From the NCBI RefSeq assembly GCF_041146345.1, contig NW_027191417.1, positions 1,612,001-1,676,000 on the forward strand: a stretch of 64,000 nt of DNA. The letters run 5' to 3'. The position numbers were made by a program, and so were the translations under genes. Shown here piece by piece: positions 35,636-47,006 of this stretch. Numbering within the stretch: the first letter of the stretch is position 1; every line of letters begins with the position of its first letter. The notes beneath the pieces were generated by a model. The model ran no database searches. It was not told where the DNA came from and saw only the letters and a list, made by a program, of their open reading frames with translations. Origin of the DNA: Neodothiora populina. Its lineage: Eukaryota.

Positions 35636-37567
35636 ATGTCGTCGTCGTCAGAAGAAGATCACAGCAACCTGCAGGCTATCCCCGCCAGGCACGGCACAGC
35701 TACCTTTGTGCCAAAAGGCAGTACGATAAAGATTTTCTGCACCTCCGGGACTCAAGTGATTGATACTTGGGCGTTTGCACTTCCCGACCCACCGGAGTCG
35801 CTCAAGGACTCGTCGGGCGTTAGGAGAGGGCTGAATGGCGAGGTGGAAGAAGACAAGGACGAGAAGGAGGGAGACGCGGCAGAGAAAGCCAAGGGGCGGG
35901 ATGAGGCGAAAGAAAAGGATAGTGTCAAGAAAGCCGCCCCCGAGTCCGCGAATGTGAAGAAGGGTCGTCAGAGCAAGGACATGGGATTGCCCTCGCAGGA
36001 AGAGGCAGAAGCAGCGACTGCAAAAGGCATCGGCGAGAATGAGCAGCTGCAAGTCCAACACCCAGAGGGCAATAAGGCTCAGAAAGCGGGATGGTCGTCG
36101 TACTTGCCTTCTCTGCGCGGTGGCGGCAAGAAGCAAGATGCAGCAGCAGCAGCACCCGCGGGCGACGAGGCTGAGAAGGCAACCGGCACAGAAACAGAGG
36201 AAGAGACAACCGACGCGCAACAGAAACAAAACTCTCGCACATGGGGCAGTTATCTGTCTACAGGACAGGGCTTCACTTCTTATCTACCAGGCAAGAGCGC
36301 CATCTCTGCCTTTGCTTCTACACACCAACGAGACACGTCAAAGTCCTACACAGAGCAGCTCGCCGACTTCACCAAGACTCCCGTGGGCGCCGCCTCGCTT
36401 TCTGCGCTGACAGGATCAGGCACTGCGAGTTCTCTCTACGCAGGGTATAGCGCGTGGAACTCGACACGTAACGATTATCCTTCCACCGAGTACTTGTCGT
36501 TGCCTCACACACGAGCGGCGAATGCGCATCTGGTCCCGCGTCCCGGAGATGCACTCGTCTCGAATCTGCGCAACAAACTCCTGACACTGACAGAAGACAC
36601 AAGCGGCGGCGTGCACGACACCCTGATGGCCGCTTGCGACCCCCAGCGCTACCGAGAGATGGGCATCGAGAACTGGGAAGAGCACGGCTCCTGCGCCGAG
36701 AATCTTGTGCTAGCGCTCAAAGAGCTCAACGAACGTGCGGGACTCAAGGGCGCCAAGGGGATCGGGGCTGATGTCACCATCAACTCCATCCCTGCTGCGC
36801 TGAACCTGTTTATGTATGTACCATGGGGAGGCGAAAAGGGCGAGCTCGGCTTCGCTAGTCCCGAGGGTCTGGTCAAGAAGGGCGGATACGTGAAGATGCG
36901 CGCCGAGAGGGATGTCGTTGTCGTCATGAGTGCCTGCCCTCAAGACCTGATCCCCATCAACGGAAAGGAGATGAAGATCAACGACGGACATTTCATCGTC
37001 GAAACGCCCGAAAGCGACTCTGAAGACGACGTCGAGGAGAGTGGGAAGAAAGATGCGAAAGCGGCGCGGCCGGCAACTAAGAGACCGAGGAAAGCCAACC
37101 CGAAGAAACTGGGTTCGTCGACAGCGTCAGGGTCGAAGCGATCATCTGTCCAGCCAGACAAAATTTCCTTGTCAAACAGCGATGGAGACGCCACAGAAGA
37201 CAAGAAGCCGGAGACGAAAAGGAATAAACCAAGCCCTGCATCACCGATAGCAAGCAAGAAGAAACCCACCGACACCCCCAAGTCTGCGTCGTCGTCGTCA
37301 ACACCAACAAATGCAGCAGCTGCTGCTGCAGCTTCTTCCACCCCAAGCAAACCAAGACCGACGAACAGACCACCACCGAAGAAGTTGATCGAGCAGAGCA
37401 CAGGCGAGAAGAAGAAACCACGAAAACTCGAGTCGAGATCGGCAAAGAAGGATGCCGCCGCCGCCGCCGCCGCCGCTACTCCTAACGATAACGCAGACAA
37501 AGCGCCAGCAGCAACAGCAGCAGCAGCGAAAGACGCTTCATCGGAAAAGGGAAAGATCAAGGAATGA
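35636..37567 (+). CDS. DUF1989 (urea carboxylase-associated / CgdAB-like) domain protein with a large internal insert and low-complexity tail; 643 aa to the first stop
   Basis: IPARHG..KGSTIKI..SGTQVIDTWAF, then EYLSLPHTR, PRPGDALVSN, EDTSGGVHDTLMAACD, HGSCAENL, LNLFM and GGYVKMRAERDVVVVMSACPQD. Confidence 0.88.
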   Translation: MSSSSEEDHSNLQAIPARHGTATFVPKGSTIKIFCTSGTQVIDTWAFALPDPPESLKDSSGVRRGLNGEVEEDKDEKEGDAAEKAKGRDEAKEKDSVKKAAPESANVKKGRQSKDMGLPSQEEAEAATAKGIGENEQLQVQHPEGNKAQKAGWSSYLPSLRGGGKKQDAAAAAPAGDEAEKATGTETEEETTDAQQKQNSRTWGSYLSTGQGFTSYLPGKSAISAFASTHQRDTSKSYTEQLADFTKTPVGAASLSALTGSGTASSLYAGYSAWNSTRNDYPSTEYLSLPHTRAANAHLVPRPGDALVSNLRNKLLTLTEDTSGGVHDTLMAACDPQRYREMGIENWEEHGSCAENLVLALKELNERAGLKGAKGIGADVTINSIPAALNLFMYVPWGGEKGELGFASPEGLVKKGGYVKMRAERDVVVVMSACPQDLIPINGKEMKINDGHFIVETPESDSEDDVEESGKKDAKAARPATKRPRKANPKKLGSSTASGSKRSSVQPDKISLSNSDGDATEDKKPETKRNKPSPASPIASKKKPTDTPKSASSSSTPTNAAAAAAASSTPSKPRPTNRPPPKKLIEQSTGEKKKPRKLESRSAKKDAAAAAAAATPNDNADKAPAATAAAAKDASSEKGKIKE

Positions 37568-38986
37568 ACCGAGGATGAAGACGATGATGACGACGACGAT
37601 GATTTGTACACCGTGACGCCGAGAAAGACACCTAGTCCCCACGGCGAGAACGAGCGGGTTGGGGAAAGTGGTGCAGGAGGTGACGAAGATGCAAGCTTTG
37701 ACAGTGCAGAGGTTCTTGACGGAGAGACGGACACCGCTGCTGCTGCTGCTGCTGCCATCGACGATGATCTCGACGGCAACGGAGACGCCGACAAAGACGA
37801 CAAGAACAGCGTCATGGCCAACGCTGGCGTTAATGTCAACAACAGCAGCAGCAACAGTAATGACAAGAACAAGACCAACATCGCCAATCCAGCAGCAGCA
37901 GCAGCAGCAGCAACCGACTTCTCACTGACAAACTTCGTCTTATCAGGCGGGCCCGTGGGCTTCCTATTTTCGGCTCTCGAAAGCAAGGGCGCGGCGATCA
38001 TCAACTAGCCGAGACGCGAGGATGTTTCTCTTCTTGTTTTGTTCTTTATTTACTCGGCTGTATGTGTATGTGTATGTGTATGTCATGTGTCTTATGATAT
38101 ATCGGTCAATCAATCAACATAATGAAAGAAAGTAGTCTTATCGACGAAGGAAACAGATGTCAAAGCGATTGAAAAAGACGACTTCTGGTCATGAATGTCT
38201 TTGACATGCAGTAAGTGAGTGAGTGAGTGAATGTCTGGAAGCGAAGATGACCGAGTCTCGCTTCTTCGGATTCTTGAACCTTCAAGTCTAACCGTGAATC
38301 GACTTCGACTTCGAGTGGAGTAGAGTAGAGAGACTCGGGTCTCGTCAGGTGATCTTCAGTAGTGGCAGCGGCGATGACAGTGGTAATTGAAGAAAGAACA
38401 GAGGTAGATAGTCTACCTATGGCTGATGATCCTCACATCTGATTATTCTGATATCCTACTATGCTAAGCCGCCATCTAAACTCATGCTGATTCGTGCAAC
38501 GAGCTGATCCATGCTGCTGTGATTCGTGCTGCATGCATGTGCTTTGTGTACTGATCATCTATAAACCTCTCCCACGACATCGACTATGCCAAGTCAGAAG
38601 GCGCAAAGGATGAATCGTTCTTCATCCGCCTGTCGTGAGGACCGGGTCTTGTATCCCTCCTCGCCTCGTCTTTCACGTCCGGCTCGATGATAAGCATCAA
38701 GTACATGCTGCCATCCTTCCTTCCTTCCAAGCCTCCGTCCCCCTCATTCCCTTTCCCTCTCCAATCACCATCCGAACAGAAAAGTAACAAAAATGATCCG
38801 TCTTCCACTCATGAGTTCAAACAGCCGAATATCGACAGATGAACAACAACAGAGCCGCCCACCTATGACAAAATAAAAAAGACTAGCCCACTGAGCAAAT
38901 GAAGCAAAACCAGAGACGGCAGAGACAAGACTAGAAAACAGAAATCCTGATTGTCATCGTCATCTTCGTCAACATCATCATCATCA

Positions 38987-41194
38987 TCATCTCCAAGCAC
39001 CCTGGCTGAGACTCAATAATCCCTGAACGCAATCCAGGTCTTCCTCTTCACTGACGCTGTCGCTCTTCTTCCTCCCGCTCCTTTCGTAGTGTCCGCCACC
39101 GCTCTGACTTGCTGCTCTGCTGCCGGCACGACCACTGCCGCTCATGAATCTCGTGACTTCGTCGTCGTCGCCATGTTCATGGTCGTATTCGTCGTTCTCC
39201 GAGGTGTCGTCACCTTCGTGTGCGTTGTGATCTTCGTGCCTCGAAGCGGCTGCAGCAGCAGCAGCGGCGGCGACGGCGGCAGCGGACCCTTTCTCGCGTC
39301 GTCGACCTACGCCACTACTTCGCTCAACGCCGCCACGTCCGACGACGCTAGCTTTGCTCGGCGTGATTCCCCTGCGGAGGGGTGTGTTCGCCGCAGCACC
39401 GATGTTACTTCTATTGCGCTTCGAGGTAGTCGTAGGGGGCACGGCAGGAGAGGTGATCATGCTATTGATAAAATGCAGATGACGTTCAGGGCTCCAGTTT
39501 TCCTTGTCCGAATCCGTGGTTGGGAACTCGAATGTGGGTGTCTGCTTGAGTTTGGGCGTCTTGTGCTGTTGGACAGAAGATGAAAGTTTGTTGTGCCCTG
39601 GTGTTTGAGACGATGGAAGAGAACGTCGGGGGTTGCGTGCCGATGCACTCTTGGGTTGAAGTGGTTGTACCGAGTGATTTTCTTTGTAGGGAGTAGTGTG
39701 AGGATGCAGAGCAGGCGATGTTGTTGTCGATGTTGGCTCTTGGGTTGGTGATGTGGTAGCAGGTACAGGAGCCGCAGCAGCTATCTTGACCCGCTTTGCC
39801 GAACTGACTTCGGCATAGGGTGTGATGGTCCGTTTGTTGGACAGCGATCTTCGTAGAACTTTGCCACTGTTCGAACGAGCCAGCTTAATGGCGTCTGCAG
39901 CCGACCCACTCTGTTCCTGCTCGGCGCGTTCTTCGAGCTCGCCACGGACATCGCGATCACAGAAAAACTCCCATGTTCTCGAATCGTGGCTGCGGAAACT
40001 TGAGACGCGTCGAAGAGACTGAGACTTGGCGCTGTCCTGACTACCAGATTCGACTAGACTCGCAGAGCTCTGGGTGAGGTGCAGCTTCGGACCAGGGATC
40101 ACTTCGCCAGGGTTCGCCGGTGGAGGAAGCAGCTTTCGTGGAGGGGATGGCGAGTCGCCGTTTCTGAGGATTGCACTTCCGTCGGCACCAAAAGACAGAC
40201 GGATGGCGGAGATGAACTTCTTGGGCCCGTGGCGTGGTGGATCCATGTTGCTTTCTTGACTCGCAGGCAACGAATCCGACTCGGTGACTTGTGACATGCT
40301 CTCGTGGAATGACCTGAACGGCGCAGCACTTCTTCGACTCGACAGCCAGCGGCCGCTATTTGACTCCTGCGACGAAGGCGGGAAGAAGGATTGTGAGCCA
40401 GCAGGGAGGTCAGAAAAGGAAGTCGATGCCTTTTGGTCGTCTGTCTTTTGAGCTGACGCGTCTGTTTCGGCGCCTGCCTCTTCTTTATCTTTGGTGGTCA
40501 CATCGCCATCAGCTCTGGGACCTCGCGGCAGTCTCGCAGCGGGACTATCATCTATAAAAGCACCGTCTTCGCGTGTCGACTTTGATATCGTTCCGGGAGT
40601 TGTGCTACTGTATGGTGAGCTGTAATTGGCGCCATACGCCAGGGCGGGAATCTCGTGTGCTTCCAATGGACGTTGTTTCCGACGTGTACTTTGTCGACGA
40701 TTCTGGAACCAGATCTGGTGTTCACGACGCGTGTAAGTAACAGAGCTAGGACTTTCTCCCAATGTTTGTGGGTTTTTACCTGGACTTCCTTCTCGCCCAA
40801 TGCTACTCTGTCTACCAATGCCATACGCGCCGCCTTGTCGGGTTTGGGGTTTTGCAAGAATGATGCTTCTAGTACTGCTTGGTCCTCTGGACTATGTTTG
40901 GTAGTCGTATATCAGTACAAGAGACTTGGGATTTACTCCATAATTCAATTCAAATTACCTCGTCCGTCTCCTCTTCTGTCTGGCAAGCGGCTTGTTATCG
41001 ATACTGGGATCCTCTCCATTTTTGAGCGAGTCGGTAGAGTGAACAAGAAACGCATATTTAGATCCTGGTTCTGATGCTTTTTCGCGAATGGCATTGAGGT
41101 TGGGGTCTTGAGCCAGACTCGGAGGCGAGATGGAGACTGGTCGTGTCGTTCTCTCGTCTCCATCGTCCATGTCTGCTGCAATCTGGTCTGCTGT

Positions 41195-41244
<50 letters not shown>

Positions 41245-41320
41245 GTGGGGGAGCAGTGATGGTGGCAGAGGCAGAGGTAGAAGCAGTGCCTCCTGCTGTG
41301 GCGATTGCTGTTGTTGCCAT
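38987..41320 (-). CDS. YOX1: Homeobox transcription factor, Yox1/Yhp1-like; exons 41320-40959, 40891-40780, 40714-38987; about 733 aa
   Basis: Spliced homeodomain RQKRRRTS-PEDQAVLEASFLQNPKPDKAARMALVDRVALGEKEVQ|IWFQNRRQ. Also TWEFFCD and the C-terminal DLDCVQGLLSLSQGAWR. Confidence 0.85.
41195..41242. repeat. Perfect (TGA)16 microsatellite encoding poly-Ser16 in homeobox exon 1
   Basis: Sixteen uninterrupted TGA units, read as TCA codons on the minus strand. Confidence 0.95.
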
Positions 41321-42289
41321 ATTGGCGAGATTGAGGAAGTCGCGGTTTCCTCTTTCTGTCTTCTCTAATCGCTGCTGCCCTCACACACTCGCCTACGCGC
41401 GGTCAACGACGAACCACGTTATGGACTATGAATGGAGACCGAGGCAGGAAAAAGCGAGTGATCAACGACAAATACCACGATGATACAACCTCGTCTCTCT
41501 GTTCTTCTATCGTGCAACTGAAAAAAGTAATCCAGTGTTCGCGTGGAAGGAAGAACCACAACCGCGAGTTGTGCCTGTCTAGCTCGTAATCTATGGAGAG
41601 ACTTTGGGGTCCGACGCTGGACGCGCCCCCAGAAAGGACGACGCGACGACGATTCGCCCAGTGCCCCGTTCCAAGATTCCGAGAGCGGGACCCTTTCTAC
41701 CTTGCTGTCTGTGCCTATTACTCCTTTCTCTTTCTCTGTCCGTGTCTCTCTTCTACCTATCTACTGTAGGCACCTAGTTGCATATCCCCACTCTGGCGGC
41801 CACTATCGACACAGCATAAATAACGACCTGTACTGCACAAGACTCCACGGAAGAACGTGCGCTGTCACGTTCGAGGACTGCATTTCTGATGGATCCATCA
41901 CATCTATTTTACCTCTTCAAACCACCAATCTAGATCTATATTTTCAACCAGGACAGATTTTCTTCTCAACCCGTCTTGTCGTAAAGCATATCTAAAGGCG
42001 GTGTGAGTGAGTGTGGTAAGAAGGAACGCCTCTTTTTGCAAGTTACGGTACGGCTACGGTACTTCGGACACGTACCCGCACGAGACGAGACGAGACGCGA
42101 GAACGCGCCTGGTCACGAGGGGAGAGGAACACATCTTGGATCTTGCGTTCGCCAAGAGATTCTGCATCGTTTTAGCGGGGATGGATGATCTGACGCGCTA
42201 GCTCATGGTTATTGTGTTCTTACTTGGTCTATGACATGGCAGATTTGACCAAGAATACGCAGAGCTATCTATACGCGGACGTATCTGCC

Positions 42290-44002
42290 TCAGAATCCAA
42301 CCTTGTCCTGAAATTGCAGCCTCTTCTTCTCAACCGCTTCCATAGGCACGACGAAGACAGGATGCACAAATCCCACCACATCACCCTCGTCAAAACACCA
42401 TGCTTTGCGCTCTGCTTCGGTCGCCTTCTCGGCGCGCCAGTTGAATGCAGCAGACAACTCATCCGAGACCGTCCCGCTTTCTAGTCCTTGATCGTAAACA
42501 TAGTGGTTCTGAGCGGCCGAGAGCCCAGCCAGCGAGTAACACGTGTGGTAACCATCGGGTCTGGTGCCGGGCTTATCTCTCAGCCCGCCCTTTTTCGTCT
42601 GTGAGATGGCGAGGGAGTAACGCACCAGGCCTTCTCTGCTCCACAGGCCGAGTCTTTGCTCATCTGCTTTCTTGCTTTCACCGGTAGGGCCAGCGACGGC
42701 GGCTTCGACGAGGCTCCAACATCCGCCGACCCAGTGTGAGTAGCAGGCGTCGACGAGCTTGTTCGTTCGACCGGCAAATGATCCTTCGGGAGCTGATTGC
42801 CGTGATGTGAGCCACGAAACGAGACGAGGAAGGTTGAGATAACGGGGAATGGAGCGGTAAGGAGCATCGAGGATGCAGAGACAGGCGAGACAGCAAAAGG
42901 CGTAGGCGCCATGTGCTTCGTTTGTTGGTGCGCCGCCTATGCCGCCTTCGTACGTCTGACATTGACCGAGCCATTCTCCCAGGTTGTCTGTGAATGTAGT
43001 CACGCCGCCTATCTTCCTTGCGGGCGAGTCCGGTGGGAGATCCAGAGGCAGATGCAGTAGCGTGTGTATCGTCATTGCGCAATAGGCGCCTCTGACATCT
43101 TTTTCTCCCCCGACGGCCATGGTGAAGCTGCCATCGCTGCCCTTGACGCTGCCCAGCCATCGCCACATGCCTCGTCTGTCCACCATCTCCAGGCCACCGA
43201 CTATTGCCAGCGACAGCACAGCGGCGTAGCTGGCGGCGCAATGGCTCATCTGCCCGTGACCACCTCCGAAGCCGCCGTCTGGGTTTTGTAAAGGGGCAAA
43301 GGTCGCCATGCAACGCTTTTTGTATGTCTTGACATTGACGCCCAGACTACTCAATCCGGCGAGTGCCCAATATAACAGCCATGGTCTGCTGGCATCCATG
43401 ACCTGGAAAGGCGGCGGGTAATCTCCCAGGACATTTCTGAGGAATTTGATGTGTTTCTGTCGCTGCAGCTTAGGCAGACGATGCGAATTCGGGTCTTGGA
43501 TCTCTTGCGCTTCCGACGTATTTGTCAAAATGTTGATGCACTCGCGCATGACTTTTTGCTGTTTCGTAGACGATTCCGTGACGAGCGAGTCCTGCAGCAG
43601 GGAAGGGTGCGAGAAGAGGTGAGGGACATGGGTATAGGGTATTTTGGCCGCCATCCAAGCGTGTATGTTCTGTCCGCCGAACGTTTTGTCTTCGTCTTCG
43701 TCTTCGTCCTCGTCTGTGAAGTCGTCCTCGAACTCGTCATGCTCTTCTGTGTTCTGATTGTCTGGCTCCACCACTTCCCCCTTGAGGACTTGTGCGGCGG
43801 CCTCGTTCTCCGAAGCAGACGACAGCTCTTCTATGCGGGCGTTGGTTTCTAACAGCGCTGCCAGTTGCCTGCTCGGCGACGAAGGCGTCGCTGTCTCCGA
43901 CGACATTCCGTCGTCGTCGTTCTTGTTGTCGTTGTAGCGTGGTGTGGTTGAGGCTTTGCGTGCGAAAAGGACCTTTCTGCGACCGGAGTTTGTGAGTGGC
44001 AT
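42290..44002 (-). CDS. RAM1: Protein farnesyltransferase beta subunit; 570 aa
   Basis: MDASRPWLLYW, GGFGGGHGQMSHCAASYAAV, GEKDVRGAYC, CQTYEGG..EAHGAYAFC, GRTNKLVDACYSHW and GGLRDKPGTRPDGYHTCYSLAGLS (Zn ligands D, C and H present). Confidence 0.95.
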   Translation of the reverse strand: MPLTNSGRRKVLFARKASTTPRYNDNKNDDDGMSSETATPSSPSRQLAALLETNARIEELSSASENEAAAQVLKGEVVEPDNQNTEEHDEFEDDFTDEDEDEDEDKTFGGQNIHAWMAAKIPYTHVPHLFSHPSLLQDSLVTESSTKQQKVMRECINILTNTSEAQEIQDPNSHRLPKLQRQKHIKFLRNVLGDYPPPFQVMDASRPWLLYWALAGLSSLGVNVKTYKKRCMATFAPLQNPDGGFGGGHGQMSHCAASYAAVLSLAIVGGLEMVDRRGMWRWLGSVKGSDGSFTMAVGGEKDVRGAYCAMTIHTLLHLPLDLPPDSPARKIGGVTTFTDNLGEWLGQCQTYEGGIGGAPTNEAHGAYAFCCLACLCILDAPYRSIPRYLNLPRLVSWLTSRQSAPEGSFAGRTNKLVDACYSHWVGGCWSLVEAAVAGPTGESKKADEQRLGLWSREGLVRYSLAISQTKKGGLRDKPGTRPDGYHTCYSLAGLSAAQNHYVYDQGLESGTVSDELSAAFNWRAEKATEAERKAWCFDEGDVVGFVHPVFVVPMEAVEKKRLQFQDKVGF

Positions 44003-45090
44003 AAGGTTGAGGTGACTGGGTTGAATGACACAAGGTTCGAGTATCGATGCTCTCTGTTAGTATTGTTGTCCTAGCGCCAAAGAGCCCATCCCTTTGTTTA
44101 GTTGTCGGGCTGCTATTATCGTATGCAATCTCTGGGCAGCACGTGAAGAAGACAGACAACGAGAGTAGACAGACAAGCAGAACTCTCCGGTGCAGACTTC
44201 GAGAGTATGCTTGCACAAAGCCCCCAAATAAAGATACAATGAATGGTAGATAGGTGATTATGAGTAAGATATGTCTGCGATTATTGCTATTGTGATCAAC
44301 GTTCCGACAGAAAAGTCGCAAACGGGGTTGGGTTGGTTCGTCATGCGACACACTCGAGAGACCCTGTTCTCGCTACAAAGTCCGTTAAAGCCCGGAGAGC
44401 ATTCGTTCGGCAAATATGCTTGCTGATTGTTCGGTTGTCCATGTATGCCGAGTATGCTTCCGTGGTTCCCAGCTTCCGCCCTTCGACGGACATGACTGTG
44501 CAAAGAGTCGGACTTGTGGATCTTGAGGCTCGCATGCACCCGGATCCCATGTGGATTGGTGGCTCCATGCACATGGCAAGAACTGTCATAAGGTCCCCCA
44601 AGACCGTGCCACGACGTGAGGCGTAGAGCTCGAGACACCGGTGATGAACCATGAACCCTGGCGAACGTTCGGGGAGGCCGTGTCAGAGTGGCTGTGAGAG
44701 ACGAACGACGACAGGTTGAGGCCAAGCTCTTCTCTGTCTCTCTGGCTCTTTTCCCCGCATACCGGTGTGGCTAAGGCATTGTGGCTCTCTCTCTCTCTGT
44801 CTCTCTCGATCTAGAGTAGGCTCGATCTAGAGAGAAGCATGCGGCGGCGCAGTATAGCATGATTGGTTCATGGACCGGGAGCGGGCGAGATGTAGATTTA
44901 AGCTCAGCCTCGCTTGTTGGTTTTAAATGATCAACGGTGACCAGAGCTCTGTCGGCCTTCGACGAGACAAGAGACCAGCAAACTGAAACTTGGTTTTTTC
45001 CTTTTTGCGCTCGCTCGAGTATTTCTTACAGTCTTTTTCTTCGTTTGTTGCAATTCACATTTTGCTCCCTCTGTGATCGGTATCGCTATC

Positions 45091-46032
45091 ATGTCGCACG
45101 CACCCACTCGCATTGGCGGAAGCGGTAAGCTGGCCCTCGCTCCCGGCGCATTTGCTGCGCTGCGAATAGATGTATATATACACCTGGATATGTGAGCCCA
45201 TTGAACTGACGAAACACCTCAATTCACACAGCCTTCAACCACTCTCAATCCGCAGACGCAGAAGCAGCATACGACCGCCTGCGCGACCAGGCGCGCAGCG
45301 AACAATCTCAGCATCAACATTACGCAGCCGAGGCACGCAAAGCATACGAGCGAGGCGATGGCGCGACCGCGCACGAAATGTCTACAAAGTCGAAGCAGTA
45401 CGCTGCAAAGGCCGACGAATACAACAAACAGGCCTCCGATTATATCTTTCGGGAGAACAATGCTGTCGGTCGCGTCGATGGCGATACGATTGACTTGCAC
45501 GGCCAGTTTGTCGAGGAAGCCGAGGAGATTGTGACGCAGCGCATCAAGTACGCTCAGCAGACGGGACAGAGCCACCTGCACGTGTAAGTCATCACATTCC
45601 AAGCAATCCCTCACCTCTTCTCCCTTCTCTTACTGATGTTCCTTCTGCAGCATCGTAGGCAAAGGAAACCACTCAGCGAACCACATCCAAAAGATCAAGC
45701 CTGCCGTCGAGAACATCTGCAAAGACCTCGGGCTCAACTACCACACGGAGCAAAACGAAGGCCGCATCTACGTCGATTTAACCGGCGGCCAAGCCAGACC
45801 TCCGACCAACTACGGAGGCGCGCCTCAGAACTACGACCAGCAGCAATACGGCCAGCCTCAATACCAGACCGCTTATCCCCTCGGTGGAAACCCGCAGTAT
45901 GGCGGCCAACAACAGCAGCATCACCAGCAACAGCAGGGGCCGCAGGAACATTTCGACTATGCTGGCGAGGCCAAGAAATACATGCCGCTCGCGAAGAAGA
46001 TTTTCTATCTTCTCAAGTCCTGCTTCCGTTAA
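45091..46032 (+). CDS. DUF1771 + Smr-domain protein (Ypl199c-like); exons 45091-45124, 45232-45583, 45651-46032; 255 aa
   Basis: AYDRLRDQAR, AYERGDGATAHEMS, YIFRENN, IDLHGQFVEEA, LHV|IVGKGNHS, IKPAVE and NEGRIYV. Q/Y/G-rich tail ending KKIFYLLKSCFR. Confidence 0.9.
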
Positions 46033-47006
46033 GGCTTGTGAGCCGCAGTCCTGCTGCTGCACTGGGTTTCTTGGTTTTTCGTCTTTTTCTTTCTTTCTTC
46101 GTTTCTTCCATGCATGTTTGGTGATGGAGGAGTAGGGAAGCACTCCAGCCCGTTTTGCAGATACCCAATGTTTTTGCTTTTCTTTTCTTTTCGTGTTGGA
46201 TCTAGTATAGGAGACGGCTTTTGGTGTGGAAAAAGAAGCGAGAAATTTGTTTGTATACTTCATGTAACATACCAGAGGCAAGGACACATCTGGACACACT
46301 GTCGAGAACTTGTATTGTATGTGTCGGCTGTTGTTTCTCGTCTTTTGTGTAATTGTAATACTTCAATATTGAGAGTCTTATCCACAAAATCTACGTACCG
46401 TATCCGACTCTCAATACACGTAAAATGCTTGTCCCGCAGATTACGGAAGGAAGGAAAGAAAAGTGTTCAGTCTTCGGACATGTTTCCATTGACACTAGGT
46501 CTTCAAAGGAGAGAACAGAGAGAGCCAACATCGAATACTAACCACTACCTACCTAAGATACCTTACCTTGACTATCGGAGGTAAGCACGTGCCGTACCTG
46601 AATGCGCTTCACGAATGAGGAGCAAGCACGAATCGGAAGGAACGAAACCGCCCGAAGCAACATAATGGGAGCAAGCCATGACTTGTGAAGCGAACGAACT
46701 TCAGATCGTATTCTCTTCTTGTCCCCTCCAACGAGCACGCCCTGAATATCCCGGACCTATCAGCAAACTCGGAAAACCCTTCCATTCGCCACATCCTAGG
46801 TAATTCATGCCGTCGTGATCGTAATTTCATGTATCAAGTCGTTGTCGTTATGCCATCGTCAAACAGAAAGAACAGAAAATTGGGTGTCGCCGGGACGAGC
46901 GTGAGCCAATATACGTCATACCCCTGACCCCATTCACGAATAGATATCTCCCCTATCCTTTTGCATCTGTGATGCAGGGGAACAGTCCCGTTTCGTCCCC
47001 ATCCTT

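Noticed and set aside
36940..38004. 354-aa minus-strand ORF
   Set aside because: Antisense shadow of the low-complexity plus-strand frame (rich in S/F/L/A). Used only as indirect support for the in-frame extension.
44805..44832. 12-bp direct repeat CTCGATCTAGAG x2
   Set aside because: Local duplication beside a (CT)n tract with no element between the copies; not a CRISPR array or transposon end.
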